A stretch of DNA of 64,000 nucleotides from Octopus vulgaris (taxonomy: Eukaryota), in the NCBI GenBank assembly GCA_951406725.2, contig OX597837.1:17546001-17610000 (forward strand). The letters run 5' to 3'. The position numbers were made by a program, and so were the translations under genes. Under the pieces are notes generated by a model. It did not search any database. It saw only the letters and a list, made by a program, of their open reading frames with translations, and had not been told where the DNA came from. This document shows, piece by piece, positions 39,483-52,883 of this stretch. Position 1 is the first letter of the stretch. The number at the start of each line of letters is the position of its first letter.

Positions 39483-39564
<82 letters not shown>

Positions 39565-39624
39565 GTATAATATATATGGTATATGTATGTCTGTATGTGT
39601 TTACATATATATTTACTACATATG

Positions 39625-40320
39625 TGGAAAATCAGTGTGTGTTTGTTTGTGGCGTTGTTAGCTAACTCCTCCTACATCATTTTATAGGTTTTGATGAAAC
39701 TTGACACATGAGTAGAACCCATGTCTAGAAACATCGTGACATACTTAGATTGTTGAAAGAATTGATAATACAGCCCCTCGAAGGAACCTTTATATCTACC
39801 TCATGTATCTAATTTTTTTTGTAACCACCCAAGGGAAATAACCCATTTCATTGTTTATCTTCAATTACTTTGAATATTGTCCTATTTCTAATTTTTAAGA
39901 CAATATCGCTTATACTTTGACACATGAGTAGAACTCGTGTGGAAATCTCGTGACATACTTAGATTGTTGAAAAAAAAAATCAATAATAGGGCCCTTCCAA
40001 TGGATCCTTCTATCTATTATATATTACTAACATTTTATTTCAACAACCCAAGGGAAATAACCCATACCACCTGCAGATTTTAGCAAAACGATCAATATTT
40101 GATTCTCACAATGAGCCAACCTAATTCTGCATTTCACTACTCACAGTTTTGAACTGCTAAACATTATTATTAACTTCCTTAATTTGAATTTTAAACATTA
40201 AAGACTTCATTCATACATTTCTATACATACATACTTTTTTGAATGCCCATTACTCCAATAATTTTGCATGTTTACAGTCACACTTTTTCCATGACAGTAG
40301 GTAATTTTTTTATTCCACAA
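39625..40320. repeat. Second copy of the 7588-8330 dispersed repeat
   Basis: Colinear similarity along its length. Confidence 0.8.
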
Positions 40321-40632
40321 TGTATCTGTAGTGGCTTCATGCAGGTATAGCGTGAATTTGATCCTCCATTGCCCAGATGCCTTCACTAAGCAGAATAATG
40401 TCTTTACCTCTTGTCAACCTCTTTCACCAACCTCCAACAATCTATCCCTCCTCCAGCTGACAGTTTTTTGTACTTTTTCGTGACAGAAAATACACATTTT
40501 GTGGCAGTTATAACGAAATTGCTTTCTTATATCAGAGTAATAAGGTGTTTCAATAGAACATCTTTACCCCCGGGAATTACCAGGTACACTAGCTAGTGTG
40601 TGTCTGTCTCTGTGTGTGTGTGTGTGTATATA

Positions 40633-40675
<43 letters not shown>

Positions 40676-40696
40676 AAACAGGATGCAAAGGATTTA

Positions 40697-40783
40697 GCGG
40701 TACATATGTTTCTGGCTTTATTGGACAGTTTATATCAATGCATAATTGATGTAACATGTATGTCAATAGCCTTCTTCAGCCAC
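40697..40783 (-). ncRNA. Type I hammerhead ribozyme motif in a solo Penelope terminal-repeat copy
   Basis: GUGG-CUGAAGA-A-GGCU...AGCC-A-GAAAC-AUAU-GUA-CCGC. Confidence 0.75.
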
Positions 40784-40922
40784 GCACAGTTACCACACTA
40801 AAGACATGTATTACATTATAGCAGGTTTGAGAAGTTTGGGAAAAAGACGAGTTTCGTTGGGGATGCAAATCCTCATAGTCGTACAGGTGCTTACAGTTAT
40901 CAAGTATTCACCCTGAATTTTT

Positions 40923-40953
<31 letters not shown>

Positions 40954-41044
40954 ATGTATATATATGTATGTATATATATATATATGTATATATATGTATA
41001 TATGTATATATATATATATATGTGTGTGTATATATATATATATA

Positions 41045-41107
<63 letters not shown>

Positions 41108-41235
41108 GTATATGTTTATGTATGTATGTCTGTATATGTTTATGCATGTATGTATGTATATGTTTATGTATGTATGTCTGTAGATGTTTATATATATATG
41201 TATGCATATCTATATATGTTTGTATGTCTGTATAT

Positions 41236-41273
<38 letters not shown>

Positions 41274-42013
41274 TTAATCTTTCAAAATTTCATGGATTTC
41301 ATGGCTGTGTGTTTAAGAAACACATTTTGCAACTACATGCAAAAGCATGTAGTTGGGTTCAATCCCATTGCATGAAACCTTGAGCAAGTGTTTTCTACTC
41401 TAGCTCCAAGCCATCAAATGCCTTGTGAGTGAATTTGGAAGATGAACCCTCAATAAATCTCCTTTGTTATCAATTTCTCTTTCATAGTATGGTCACCCTG
41501 AGCACATTTATCAAACTTACAATATCTAGACTCATCATAAAAATGATACTGAAATTTTATGATATGCTCAGTTTCTTCTGTAATGACCAGCTTCTCTTTA
41601 GTTTTTCCATTATTCATCATCATCTCTTGTATCTTTTGAAATGTATGATCTCCAGTTGTTTCATTTATAACATCCTCAGTATGATTCAACAAGATCAAAA
41701 TTACTTTGCCCAAACTTTAATGCTGTTACCAGCACGATAATCGTGTCATATAATAAGAATTTGTCCAAATATTGCCATGTTCATATGAGCATGCACACAC
41801 AAAATTTTCATCTTTCAAGTTTTACTTACAAGACATTGGTCAACCCAGAACACTTTTCCAAGGTGTTGCACAATAGAATTGAACTCAGAATTACTTGATT
41901 GTCAAACACATTTCTTAACCAGATAGTCATGCCTTTGTCTATTTACAATGTTGAATCTAAACAGCTCTATATATACTAGGAAAAACAAAGCAAAATGTTT
42001 TTCTTTATTCTAG

Positions 42014-42087
42014 TTGGCCAATGTGGTAACCAAATAGGACGTCAATTCTGGGATTTAGCTCTCCAAGAACATGCTAGAACTAACAAA
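42014..42087 (+). CDS. TUBE1: Epsilon-tubulin coding exon 2 (VGQCGNQIGRQFWDLALQEHARTNK, 74 nt)
   Basis: tttattctag| acceptor and |gtaagt donor; tubulin GQCGNQIG motif and epsilon-type FWDLAL.EH. Confidence 0.92.
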
Positions 42088-43139
42088 GTAAGTAACTCGC
42101 TCTCTTCCTTTCTTTATTTCATTATCTGTTTATTCTTTGGATTGTATCAAAACACTTTGTTATCGTCACATACTAAAATTCAACACTTCCAGAATAGGAT
42201 GAGATAATCTGATATTTTGTGGCCTCCCAATTTCTGCTTTAAAAAAGGTTTTACAGTCATTATATTCTAACCATTATTGGATTTGTTAAACTTTGGTGTA
42301 ATTTGTGTTGTTATTTGAAAACACGGTTCTCAGGTTATATATCTTGCAGATGGTTGCAATAAGGTAAAGACACATTGACAAATCAAAAGATTTATTATTT
42401 CAGGTACTCAACTTTACTAGGGGCATCATCATACTTGCTTCTATTTGATAAGGATTCAATGTGGGTTAAATGGACTAACCAGGCAGGTTCCTTTGATGTA
42501 GCAATGGGTGCATTCAACATTCTTGTTGTATGTTATATTTTGACAAAAATCCCTGCCCAATCCCTCTCACATCCTACTCCTTCATCTTTCCCACACATAA
42601 CTATCCCTCTTTCTCTATGTCCCCTCTTCACCCTATCATCAACTATCAAAAAACTGGAGTGGACATTTTATCACCAAAACACAGGTCAGTCTAAAAGGGA
42701 CAAGTCCAAAGGACATAACTCTCAAGGGTATAAAGCCAACAAACTTTTTGCTCTCTTAGTCTGTCTTTTGCCCATGTTTTCTTTTTAAATACTTTTTGTT
42801 GTCCATTAATTTCATTCAGGTTTTTACAAGTTTGAAATACATTAAGCAGATATGGCATTCTCAGATCTCCAACAGAAAGACTCCAAGGCATAATTTTCCA
42901 GTCAGCAATGCCTAATAATTTACCTCTCCAATTCTGTAAAGATATTAGCATGAAGCCATTCAATAGCATTGTTACTGAATGATTATAATCACACTGTTAT
43001 ATACATTTATATACATTTTATTACATATATGAATGCCTGTTTTTTTTTCTGCTTCACTAAAATTTATTGGGTAATTGTGTGTGTGTGCATATATATGTAA
43101 GTATGTGTGTGTGCATATATATGTAAGTATGTGTGTGTG

Positions 43140-43175
<36 letters not shown>

Positions 43176-43397
43176 GGTGGGGAGTGAGAGTTTGTCTCAT
43201 AGCTCAAGTTTCATACTACTGCAATCTTCAGATGAGACACAATCATAATGGTATGAAACTTGAGTTGTTGAGACAAGTTCTCAGCTTTACTTTTAAAAAA
43301 TCCATGTACTTTGCAGCATATATTGAGCATTCCAATCTGATGTATACCAACATACAGATAATCAGATAATATATATATATATATATGCACACACACA

Positions 43398-44292
43398 TAT
43401 GATCTGATCAATAAGTTTCTGGACTGTTGCCATAGTAACTAAGCTGAAGCATGCAGATTAAAGCTGCATGGCACAGATTGACCTTGACCTCTGCTGTGCA
43501 TGCACACTAAGTTTTAACATTCTAGCTCACTTCTGCCGTTTACTGCAGTGCTTGGAAGGAAGATGTGTAGCATATGATCTTCACATTGATTATGACAGAG
43601 AAAGTTGAGCAGAGAATCTGCATCGAATTTTGCCAAAATCTTGGCAGTACCTTCTCAGAGGCCTACGCAACGTTTTCAAGAAGTTTTCATCTTTCTCGAC
43701 ACAGTCAAGATCTTGTGCAACTGAAACCCTGAGTGTCTTTTTAACAGCTGAAGGCAGTTTTGGCACAAAGTTGGCAGACACGCATCTCATACCCAAATCT
43801 TCAGTGATAATGGACTGATCTGAATCATAATTAATCTACATACCCTCTGATAACTCATGGATGATGATTCGACAATTTTCCCGCTCACTGCTGCACGCAC
43901 ATCTGTGATGTTTTTCTCAGTTCTGCTGGTTATGGGTCTCCCAGAACGTTCATCAATATTGACATTTTTTTAGCCATCTTGAAAACGTCTGAAACGCTCG
44001 TACACTTGTGTGCAGCTCATACACTCCTCTCCATACACTTTCTGCAACTTGCATAGGCCTCTGAGCAGGTATCGCCATGACAACTTTCTCTGTCATGGTC
44101 AATGCAACAATCACATGCTACACACCTTTCTTCCAAGCATTTCTGTAAACAGCAGAAGTGAACTAAAAAATTAAAACTTAGTGTGCATGCGCAGCAGAGT
44201 TGAAGGTCAATCTTTGCCGAGTGGCTTCACTCTGCATACTTTAGGTTCGTTACTATGGCAACAATCCGGAAACTTATTGATCAAACCTTGTA
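43398..44292. mobile_element. Mariner-derived fold-back element with long inverted arms
   Basis: tgatcaataagtttctggactgttgccatagtaac vs gttactatggcaacaatccggaaacttattgatca; TA flanks; EQRICIEFCQNLG and FVPKL transposase remnants. Confidence 0.85.
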
Positions 44293-45164
44293 TATGTGTG
44301 TGTATGTGTATATCATCATCATCATCGATTAAAGTCCATCTTCCATGCATGGGTAAGACAGTTGACAAGAGTCAGCCAGGTAGAAGATTACTCCAGGCTA
44401 CTGAGTCTGCTTTGACAGGGTTTTTACGGCTGGATGTCTTTCCTAAGTGGACTAAGTGCTTTTTAGGTGGCACCAGCACAGGCGAGGTCAGTTTAGGTAT
44501 GACTTTTACAGCTGGACGCCTTTCCAAATACCAACCACTTTACAATGTGGACTGGATGCTTCTTACGTGACATCAGCACCAGCAGGGTCACCAAGCATCT
44601 TGCAAGGAAGGAATTTTGAGAGGGGAAGAGTCATTGGAGGAGGTGATCTTATGTCAGATGATGGATGGTTAGCATGTAACAGAGAAACAGAGAGGCAGAA
44701 ACAGGTGTCTTACTATAAAGGAGGCACATGATTACCCAACCAGAGAAAGAGAGACAAGAGAGAGACAGAAGAGAAGGCATGAGAGGGGAAGAGAGGTACA
44801 AGTAAGAGGACAGAAACTGGTGTGTTGATGTAAGGGAGATACTTGGTTACCGAGCTAGATGGAAGAGCAAGAGAGAGAGAGAGTGGAAGACAGCAAAAGT
44901 GCAAGAGAGAACAGGAGAGAGGTGGTGGTGAAGTGTCAGGGTATACTCACAAGCAAGGATCAGAATATATATGGGATGGAAGAATAAAAGAAGAGAGAGA
45001 TACATGGTGGCAATTGCCAGGGCACACCCTCAAGGTATGGAGGTCATAATATACATGGCCAGGTATCACCAAGAAGGCATAAGTATGGAGTGGGGATTGC
45101 AGTGACTAAAATTAAATAAACTCCAGAGAGGCTAGTGTTGGTCTACACCAGCTAGAGATGAATT

Positions 45165-45420
45165 CATCATCATCATCATCATCATCATCATCGTTTAACG
45201 TCCATTTTCCATGCTAGCATGGGTTGGACGGTTCAACTGGGGTCTGGGAAGCCAGAAGGCTGCGCCGGGCCCAGTCTGATTTGGCAATGTTTCTACAACT
45301 GGATGCCCTTCCTAACGCCAACCACTCCGTGAGTGTAGTGGGTGCTTTTTATGTGCCACCTGCACAGGTGCCAGACGAGGCTGGCAAACGGCCACGATCA
45401 GATGGTGCTTTTTACGTGCC
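45165..45420 (-). mobile_element. RTE 3'-UTR fragment
   Basis: (CAT)n + gtttaacgtcc..ccatgctagcatggg, as in the other RTE tails. Confidence 0.85.
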
Positions 45421-46372
45421 AAATAATAATAATCATCCTTTTTATTATAGGTACAAGGCCTAAAATTTAAGGAAAGAGAGCTAGGCAATTATATTGACCC
45501 CAGTGTAGAAGCTGGTACTTATTTTATTGACCCTGAAAGGAAAAAAATGCAAAGCCGACCTTGGTGGAATTTGAACTCAGAACATAGCAGCAAACAAAAT
45601 ACTGCTAAGCATTTTGTCCAGTGTGCTAATGATTCTGCCAGCTTGCTGCCTAATAATAATAATCCTTTCTACTAAAGGCACAAGGCCTGAAATTTGCGGG
45701 GAGGGGACTAGTTGATTACATTGACCCCGGTATTTCACTGGTACTTAATTTATTATATAGTAAAATTGATAAAAATGAGTACAGGGAATTTGCTGTTGGG
45801 AGTTTCTGAGAGAGTCCTTCTTTCAGGAAACATTGAAAGGAGATAGATTAGTTTTACAGCTCTAAAGTTTAAAAAAAACAAAAACTAGGTACAGTGAACA
45901 CAGGACCACATGAGCTTCATATGTGAACAAGGAGTGGTAGGAGAGGAAAGCAGTGTGAGAGAGAATAAGTTGTGAATGAGGTGCAGAGAAAGGATTTATG
46001 TCTCTATCTCTTTATCTATCTATCTATCTATTTAATGTTTGTGTGTGTGTGTGTGTATATATATATGCATTTATGTATGTGTGTGTGTGCCTGACACAGC
46101 GTAATAGTTATAATCAATTAATGTCGTCGTAGAAGTAGTGTAATTTGTCTTCAATTGCCTTAGAACACATGAATCCTTGCTTAAAATCAGATGAGCGTAG
46201 GGTCGAAAAATCCGGCCAGAGAAAATCTGCTTTTGCCAATTCCGTCGGATGCATCTATGTATGGAGAAGTGAACGTTAAGACGACGAAATATATTTCGGT
46301 TAATATCTAGTTTAACACCTGGCCACCAAAACAAAAAGAGTGTAGTAGGTAATACAGTTCTATATTTAAGAG

Positions 46373-49186
46373 ATGAGGAATTATGTACTAATCGAGGTAG
46401 TCAGAATAAGTGACAGAGTAATTAAAATTAGATTAGTTCTTCACCATAGGACAGCTACCATCATCTCGGCATATGCCCCTCAACCAGGGCTACCGGAAGG
46501 ACAAAAAGACCAATTCTATGACACCCTATTGCAGACTACCTCATTGACAAATGACAGTGACCTTCTCTTCGTGGCAGGTGATTTCAATGGACATGTTGGA
46601 CGACATGTCAGGGGCTTCCATGGCATCCATGGAGGCCACGGTTTTGGCTCTCGAAATGAGGAGGGAACCAGGCTGCTGGAGTTCTGCGATGCTAATGACC
46701 TTATGGTCTGCAATACCCACTTCAGGAAACCCACCTCTCACCTAGTCACCTACCGTTCTGGCAGACACACCAGCCAGATTGACTACATCCTTGCCAGAAA
46801 AAGGGAAAGAGGGCTGATTATAAATGCCAAAACCTTCCCAGGCGAAGAATGTACTCCCCAACATAGATTAGTAGTTAGCGACTTCAGGATCAGAGCTAAA
46901 TGGTCGCCCAGAAGAAGACCAGCTTGGAGGAGAAGGGTCTGGAAGCTTAAAGATCCTGCAAATGCACAGAGATTTAGAGACATACTACTCGAAGCCTCTG
47001 ACGAAATAGAAGGGGATATAGCTTCACTTAATGTGGAAGACAACTGGAGATTCCTACGGGACAATCTGCTGACAGCCACTGACCAGATCTGTGGATGGAG
47101 CAAAGTACCATCTCGACCCAGAGTAACATGGTGGTGGAACACGGTGGTTGACGGGGCTATTAGACAAAAGAGACAGGCTTGGAAGGACTGGAAGAACGGT
47201 GGTAGCAGGGAATTGTATCAGACAGCCAAAAGGGAAGCTAGGAGACAGGTTTATATAGCCAGAGGGGAAGCGGATAAGAAAAAATTTGCCAATGTTCTGA
47301 GCCGTGAGGATGAAAGACTTGAGGTATTTCGTGTTGCAAGACAGTGTGTGAGAGAGAATCGTGATGTGGTAGGAGAGAAGTGTGTTCGCATGGATGATGG
47401 TTCACTTGCGCTAAATGAGGATGCAAAGAGAGAGGTTTGGAGATGCCACTATGAAAGTTTGCTGAATAAAGAAAATGAATGGGATAAAGAGAGTCTGCCA
47501 AATGTTGACCCAACAGAGGGACCAGCTATCCGAGTTGATAGTTCCGTGGTAGCTAAGGCAATTAGAAGCATGAAGACAGGGAAAGCCCCAGGCCCATCAG
47601 GAATTACTGCAGAGATGCTCAAAATATCTGGCAGTGTCGGCTATAACCTAGTCACCCGTATAGTCAACCAGGTGATACACGAAGGAGTCATACCCAATGA
47701 CTGGTGTAGCAGCATACTAGTCAACTGCTACAAAGGTAAAGGTGATGCCCTGGATACAAATAATTACAGAGGTATCAAGCTGTTGGATCAGGTAATGAAG
47801 GTCACGGAGAGGGTCTTAGCCCAACTAATTAGAGAGAGAGTTAGTTTAGATGAGATGCAGTTTGGGTTTGTCCCAGGGAAAAGCACCACTGATGCTATAT
47901 TCCTGGTAAGGCAGCTGCAGGAGAAATACCTAGCCAAGGATAAGCCCCTGTACCTGGCTTTTGTTGACATGGAGAAAGCCTTTGATAGGGTCCCCCGATC
48001 CCTCATCTGGTGGTCAATGAGGAAACTAGGGATAGATGAATGGCTGGTGAGGGCTGTGCAAGCCATGTACAGAGATGCCGTAAGTAAGGTTAGAGTTGGC
48101 AACATGTACACAGAAGAATTCAAAGTAGAGGTTGGGGTCCACCAGGGTTCAGTACTCAGCCCCCTCCTATTTATCATAGTCCTCCAGGCAATAACGGAGG
48201 AATTCAAGACAGGTTGCCCCTGGGAGCTCCTCTATGCTGACGACCTCGCTCTAATCGCTGAGTCACTATCAGAACTGGAGGAGAAGTTCCAGGTGTGGAA
48301 GGAGGGTTTAGAATCGAGGGGCCTTAGAGTCAACCTAGCTAAAACCAAAGTACTAATAAGTAGAAAGGTAGAAAACCCACAAATATCATCAGGAAGATGG
48401 CCCTGCTCGATCTGTAGAAAAGGTGTAGGTAGAAACTCTATAAGATGTACCCAGTGTAAGCTATGGACACATAAGAGGTGCAGCAATGTCAAAGGTAGGC
48501 TAACTGGGAAGATAGTTTTTGTATGTGGCAGGTGCTCTGGAGCACTGACCTCCGAAAATCTGCAGAAAACAACTTCTGTCACTTTCCGGGGGGAAAAACT
48601 AGAAGTAGTTGATAGTTTCCGCTATCTAGGTGACCAAGTCAGTAGTGGGGGTGGGTGCGCTGAAAGTGTAACTGCTAGAATAAGAATAGCCTGGGCAAAG
48701 TTTAGGGAGCTCTTACCTCTGCTGGTGACTAAAGGCCTCTCGCTCAGAGTAAAAGGCAGACTGTATGATGCATGTGTACGAACAGCTATGCTACATGGCA
48801 GTGAAACATGGGCCGTGACTGCTGAGGACATGCGTAAGCTCGTGAGGAACGAAGCCAGTATGCTCCGATGGATGTGTAATGTCAGTGTACTTACTCGACA
48901 GAGCATTAGTACCTTGAGAGAAATGTTGTACCTAAGAAGCATCAGTTGTTGTGTGCAAGAGAGACGATTGCGCTGGTATGGTCATGTGGCGAGAATGGAT
49001 GAAGAGAGGTGTGTGAGAAAGTGCCAATCCCTAGCAGTTGAGGGAACCCGTGGAAGAGGTAGACCCAGGAAAACCTGGGACGAGGTGGTGAAGCACGACC
49101 TTCAGACGTTAGGTCTCACCATGGAAATGACTAGAGACCGAGACCTATGGAAGTATGCTGTGCGTGAGAAGACCCGGCAAGACTAG
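46373..49186 (+). CDS. RTE ORF: partial APE endonuclease + reverse transcriptase with PHD-type Cys/His insert
   Basis: SAYAPQ, GDFNGHVG, SQIDYIL, QHRLV; KAFDRV, HQGSVLSPLLF, LLYADDL, FRYLG, LRWYGHV; no internal stops in 937 codons (the first ~5 codons come from flanking DNA). Confidence 0.92.
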   Translation: MRNYVLIEVVRISDRVIKIRLVLHHRTATIISAYAPQPGLPEGQKDQFYDTLLQTTSLTNDSDLLFVAGDFNGHVGRHVRGFHGIHGGHGFGSRNEEGTRLLEFCDANDLMVCNTHFRKPTSHLVTYRSGRHTSQIDYILARKRERGLIINAKTFPGEECTPQHRLVVSDFRIRAKWSPRRRPAWRRRVWKLKDPANAQRFRDILLEASDEIEGDIASLNVEDNWRFLRDNLLTATDQICGWSKVPSRPRVTWWWNTVVDGAIRQKRQAWKDWKNGGSRELYQTAKREARRQVYIARGEADKKKFANVLSREDERLEVFRVARQCVRENRDVVGEKCVRMDDGSLALNEDAKREVWRCHYESLLNKENEWDKESLPNVDPTEGPAIRVDSSVVAKAIRSMKTGKAPGPSGITAEMLKISGSVGYNLVTRIVNQVIHEGVIPNDWCSSILVNCYKGKGDALDTNNYRGIKLLDQVMKVTERVLAQLIRERVSLDEMQFGFVPGKSTTDAIFLVRQLQEKYLAKDKPLYLAFVDMEKAFDRVPRSLIWWSMRKLGIDEWLVRAVQAMYRDAVSKVRVGNMYTEEFKVEVGVHQGSVLSPLLFIIVLQAITEEFKTGCPWELLYADDLALIAESLSELEEKFQVWKEGLESRGLRVNLAKTKVLISRKVENPQISSGRWPCSICRKGVGRNSIRCTQCKLWTHKRCSNVKGRLTGKIVFVCGRCSGALTSENLQKTTSVTFRGEKLEVVDSFRYLGDQVSSGGGCAESVTARIRIAWAKFRELLPLLVTKGLSLRVKGRLYDACVRTAMLHGSETWAVTAEDMRKLVRNEASMLRWMCNVSVLTRQSISTLREMLYLRSISCCVQERRLRWYGHVARMDEERCVRKCQSLAVEGTRGRGRPRKTWDEVVKHDLQTLGLTMEMTRDRDLWKYAVREKTRQD

Positions 49187-49997
49187 TGAAGCCATAATCC
49201 GTGGCCCCTACCTGGGACGTAGTCAGTCCACCTGTGCATACCTTCCTTCTTGTGACACTTGTGAAGACCTGTTGAGGCAAGTGAGAATCGAATCGTATCA
49301 AATCAAATCGAACCAAATCAAAATAGATGAACATCAATGGAATTTGTATCCTTGTGGTACCAGTGCCGGTGGCACATAAGAAAACCATCCGAACGTGACC
49401 GTAGCCAGTACCGCAATGACTGGCCTCCGTGCTGAGGGCACGTAACAAACACCATCCGAGCGTGGCCGTCCGCCAGCCTCGTCTAGCACCTGTGTCGGTG
49501 ACACATAAGAAAACACCATCCGAGCGTGGCCGTCTGCCAGCCTCGTCTGGCACCTGTGTCGGTGGCACATAAAAAACACCATCCGAGCGTGGCCGTCTGC
49601 CAGCCTCGTCTGGCACCTGTGTCGGTGGCACATAAAAAACACCATCCGAGCGTGGCCGTCTGCCAGCCTCGTCTGGCACCTGTGTCGGTGGCACATAAAA
49701 AACACCATCCGAGCGTGGCCGTCTGCCAGCCTCGTCTGGCACCTGTGTCGGTGGCACATAAAAAACACCATCCGAGCGTGGCCGTTTGCCAGCCTCGTCT
49801 GGCACCTGTGTCAGTGGCACATAAAATCACCCACTACACTCTCGGAGTGGTTGGCGTTAGGAAGGGCATCCAGCTGTAGAAACACTGCCACATCTGACTG
49901 GCCTGGTGCAGCCTTCGGGCTTCCCAGACCCCAGTTGAACCGTCCAACCCATGCTAGCATGGAAAGCGGACGTTAACGATGATGATGATGATGATGA
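46389..49997 (+). mobile_element. RTE-clade LINE, 5'-truncated, young (open ORF, 3' UTR minisatellite, (GAT)n tail)
   Basis: ORF to 49186 followed by 3' UTR and gatgatgat tail. Confidence 0.95.
49451..49825 (+). repeat. 63-bp minisatellite (6 units) in the RTE 3' UTR
   Basis: accatccgag recurs at 49451, 49515, 49578, 49641, 49704 and 49767. Confidence 0.95.
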
Positions 49998-50719
49998 TAT
50001 ATATGCATATAAATTGAGGTAGGTAGGCAAGTGTCCATTGTGACCCAAGGAAATACACACACACACACAAACATTCAGTTTAAAATTCTACTTCACATCT
50101 TCAAGTATTGATAGCAACACATACACAACCACTTGAATATACACACTCACATATATATTCTAGATTTGCATGTATTATAGATTTTCAGATTGTTATCTCT
50201 TTTGCATTGAGACAAATTGTCAAGATAGAGCCTTTTGGGTAAAAAGGAAGTCTAATTTTTGGATACTTAAAATTTACCTGAGCTTTCAAAAGAGCAAAAT
50301 TACACTCAGTTCTGAAATTAGTGGTTATGCTTTACTGCACATATGAAATATTATAACTTGAGTAATGCTATGATAGCTACTGGCATGGTTGTGTGGTTAA
50401 TAATGGTGTTTCCTAAATTTATGGGTTTTAGTCCTCTCCCACTGCATGGCATTTTGGGCAAGTGACTCCCATTATAACCTTGGGTCAAACAAAGCCAAGT
50501 CTTTCAAGTGAATTTAGTGTGGACATATGTTTTTTTTATAATTAAGCCCTTAAATACCAAGGATATATTATATGACGTTTATACATCAACTCTGTACAAA
50601 GATGTATACACATCTATGAACTGTGCAGCACTTTGCATATGTATCTTCCATTGTAATCCTGGATCAACCGATAATTAGTGAATAAATTTGATTGACGAAA
50701 ACTGGCTGGAATCCTATTG

Positions 50720-50759
<40 letters not shown>

Positions 50760-50947
50760 TGTGTGTGTGTGTTCATGTTTATGTTTGTCCGTCCTCACAC
50801 TGCTTGATCACCAGAGTTGGTTTGCCTACATTCTCAGTTTGGTAAAAAAAGATTGCTAGAACAAGTATCTGACTTGACCCCTCAAAATGGTGCCTTATCA
50901 TGGCTCCAGTTCAATGACTGTGACAAGTAAAAAGTTTTACATATATA

Positions 50948-50983
<36 letters not shown>

Positions 50984-51021
50984 TGTATGTATGTATGTAT
51001 GTATATATATATATATGTATG

Positions 51022-51812
<791 letters not shown>

Positions 51813-51836
51813 ATTTTATATATATATATATATATA

Positions 51837-52852
51837 CAGGCATACCTCACCCTACGTCGTTAATTGGTTTCAGGAGACACGACTTAAGTCGAATTAATGT
51901 GTCTCTAGGCTAAACCGATAATAACCATTCCCAGTTCTGTAATTAAATCTCATGAACCATCTTTAATTTGCCTTGAACTCTATCTTTCTCATTTGGATTT
52001 TTTTTTTTCAGGTCCTAAGACAATGCTATCTCTTGAATGATTTCTTGATTAATAGTGGTACGCTGTCAATTCAAAATAGTTGCACGCTGACAATTCAACC
52101 TAACAATCCAAAGAGAAAGAAGACTTACCATTTCTTCAAAGATTTTGCCTCTTATTGATGACAATGCTCTTCATCCCTGGGGCTTCAGATTTGATTTGTG
52201 CTAAAATCTTGTCCTTATCATGTACAATCATCGATACAGTTGTCTGACTGATCCAAAAAGATTGTACAATTGCTACCACTTTCTCACCTTTTTCATGGTG
52301 TTTTATCATCACCAGTTTCACTTCGAGCATTATAGCATGTTTAGCACTTCCACTATGAATTTTCTTAGGAGCCAATGGGGTAAAAAATAAAGTCACAAAT
52401 GATTGAGAATGAGAAAGTAGTTGATAAACAGACATAAACAAATCTGAATTCAAAACAAGTGTGGGAATTGTGAGTGATAACGATGCCTAATGGTAGATAT
52501 TGGAACTAAAGTGCAAAATGAGCTCCGGAAAACCAGTAAATAAGACTACACAGCTGATTTCATGATTTCGTTCACTAACTTACACTACTTTATGGTGTGT
52601 ATCTTAACATTTACTGTACATATTTTAATATGATTTTATATGCTTTTATTCTTACTTATTGTACAGTAACATGGTTTTATGTGCTTTTAATGGTTTTCTA
52701 GTGATTTTATGATTCCAATATTTGTGACGGACAGACGTAAAGTCAACTAAAATGACTTCACTTGATTTTTATTTTTCCATATATTATTTTTAAAAACCAA
52801 TGTATAATAAAAAATGACTTAAATCAAGACGAATTAAGGCAAGGTATGCTTG
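51837..52852 (-). mobile_element. Tigger/pogo-like deleted DNA transposon
   Basis: TA|CAGGCATACCTC...AAGGTATGCTTG|TA TIRs; ORF 52136-52453 with CENP-B/psq-type HTH (LEVKLVMIKHHEKGE..ISQTTVSMI). Confidence 0.85.

Positions 52853-52883
<31 letters not shown>

Noticed and set aside
41995-42207. 70-aa ORF as a standalone gene
   Set aside because: Only 42014-42087 is coding (TUBE1 exon 2); the rest is intron read-through
49451-49825. CRISPR-like regular repeat
   Set aside because: Head-to-tail near-identical 63-bp units with no unique spacers, inside a LINE 3' UTR; no cas genes; eukaryotic context
49131-49879. 21-aa repeat proteins (VPPTQVPDEAGRRPRSDGVFY and others)
   Set aside because: By-products of a 63-bp stop-free minisatellite open in several frames on both strands
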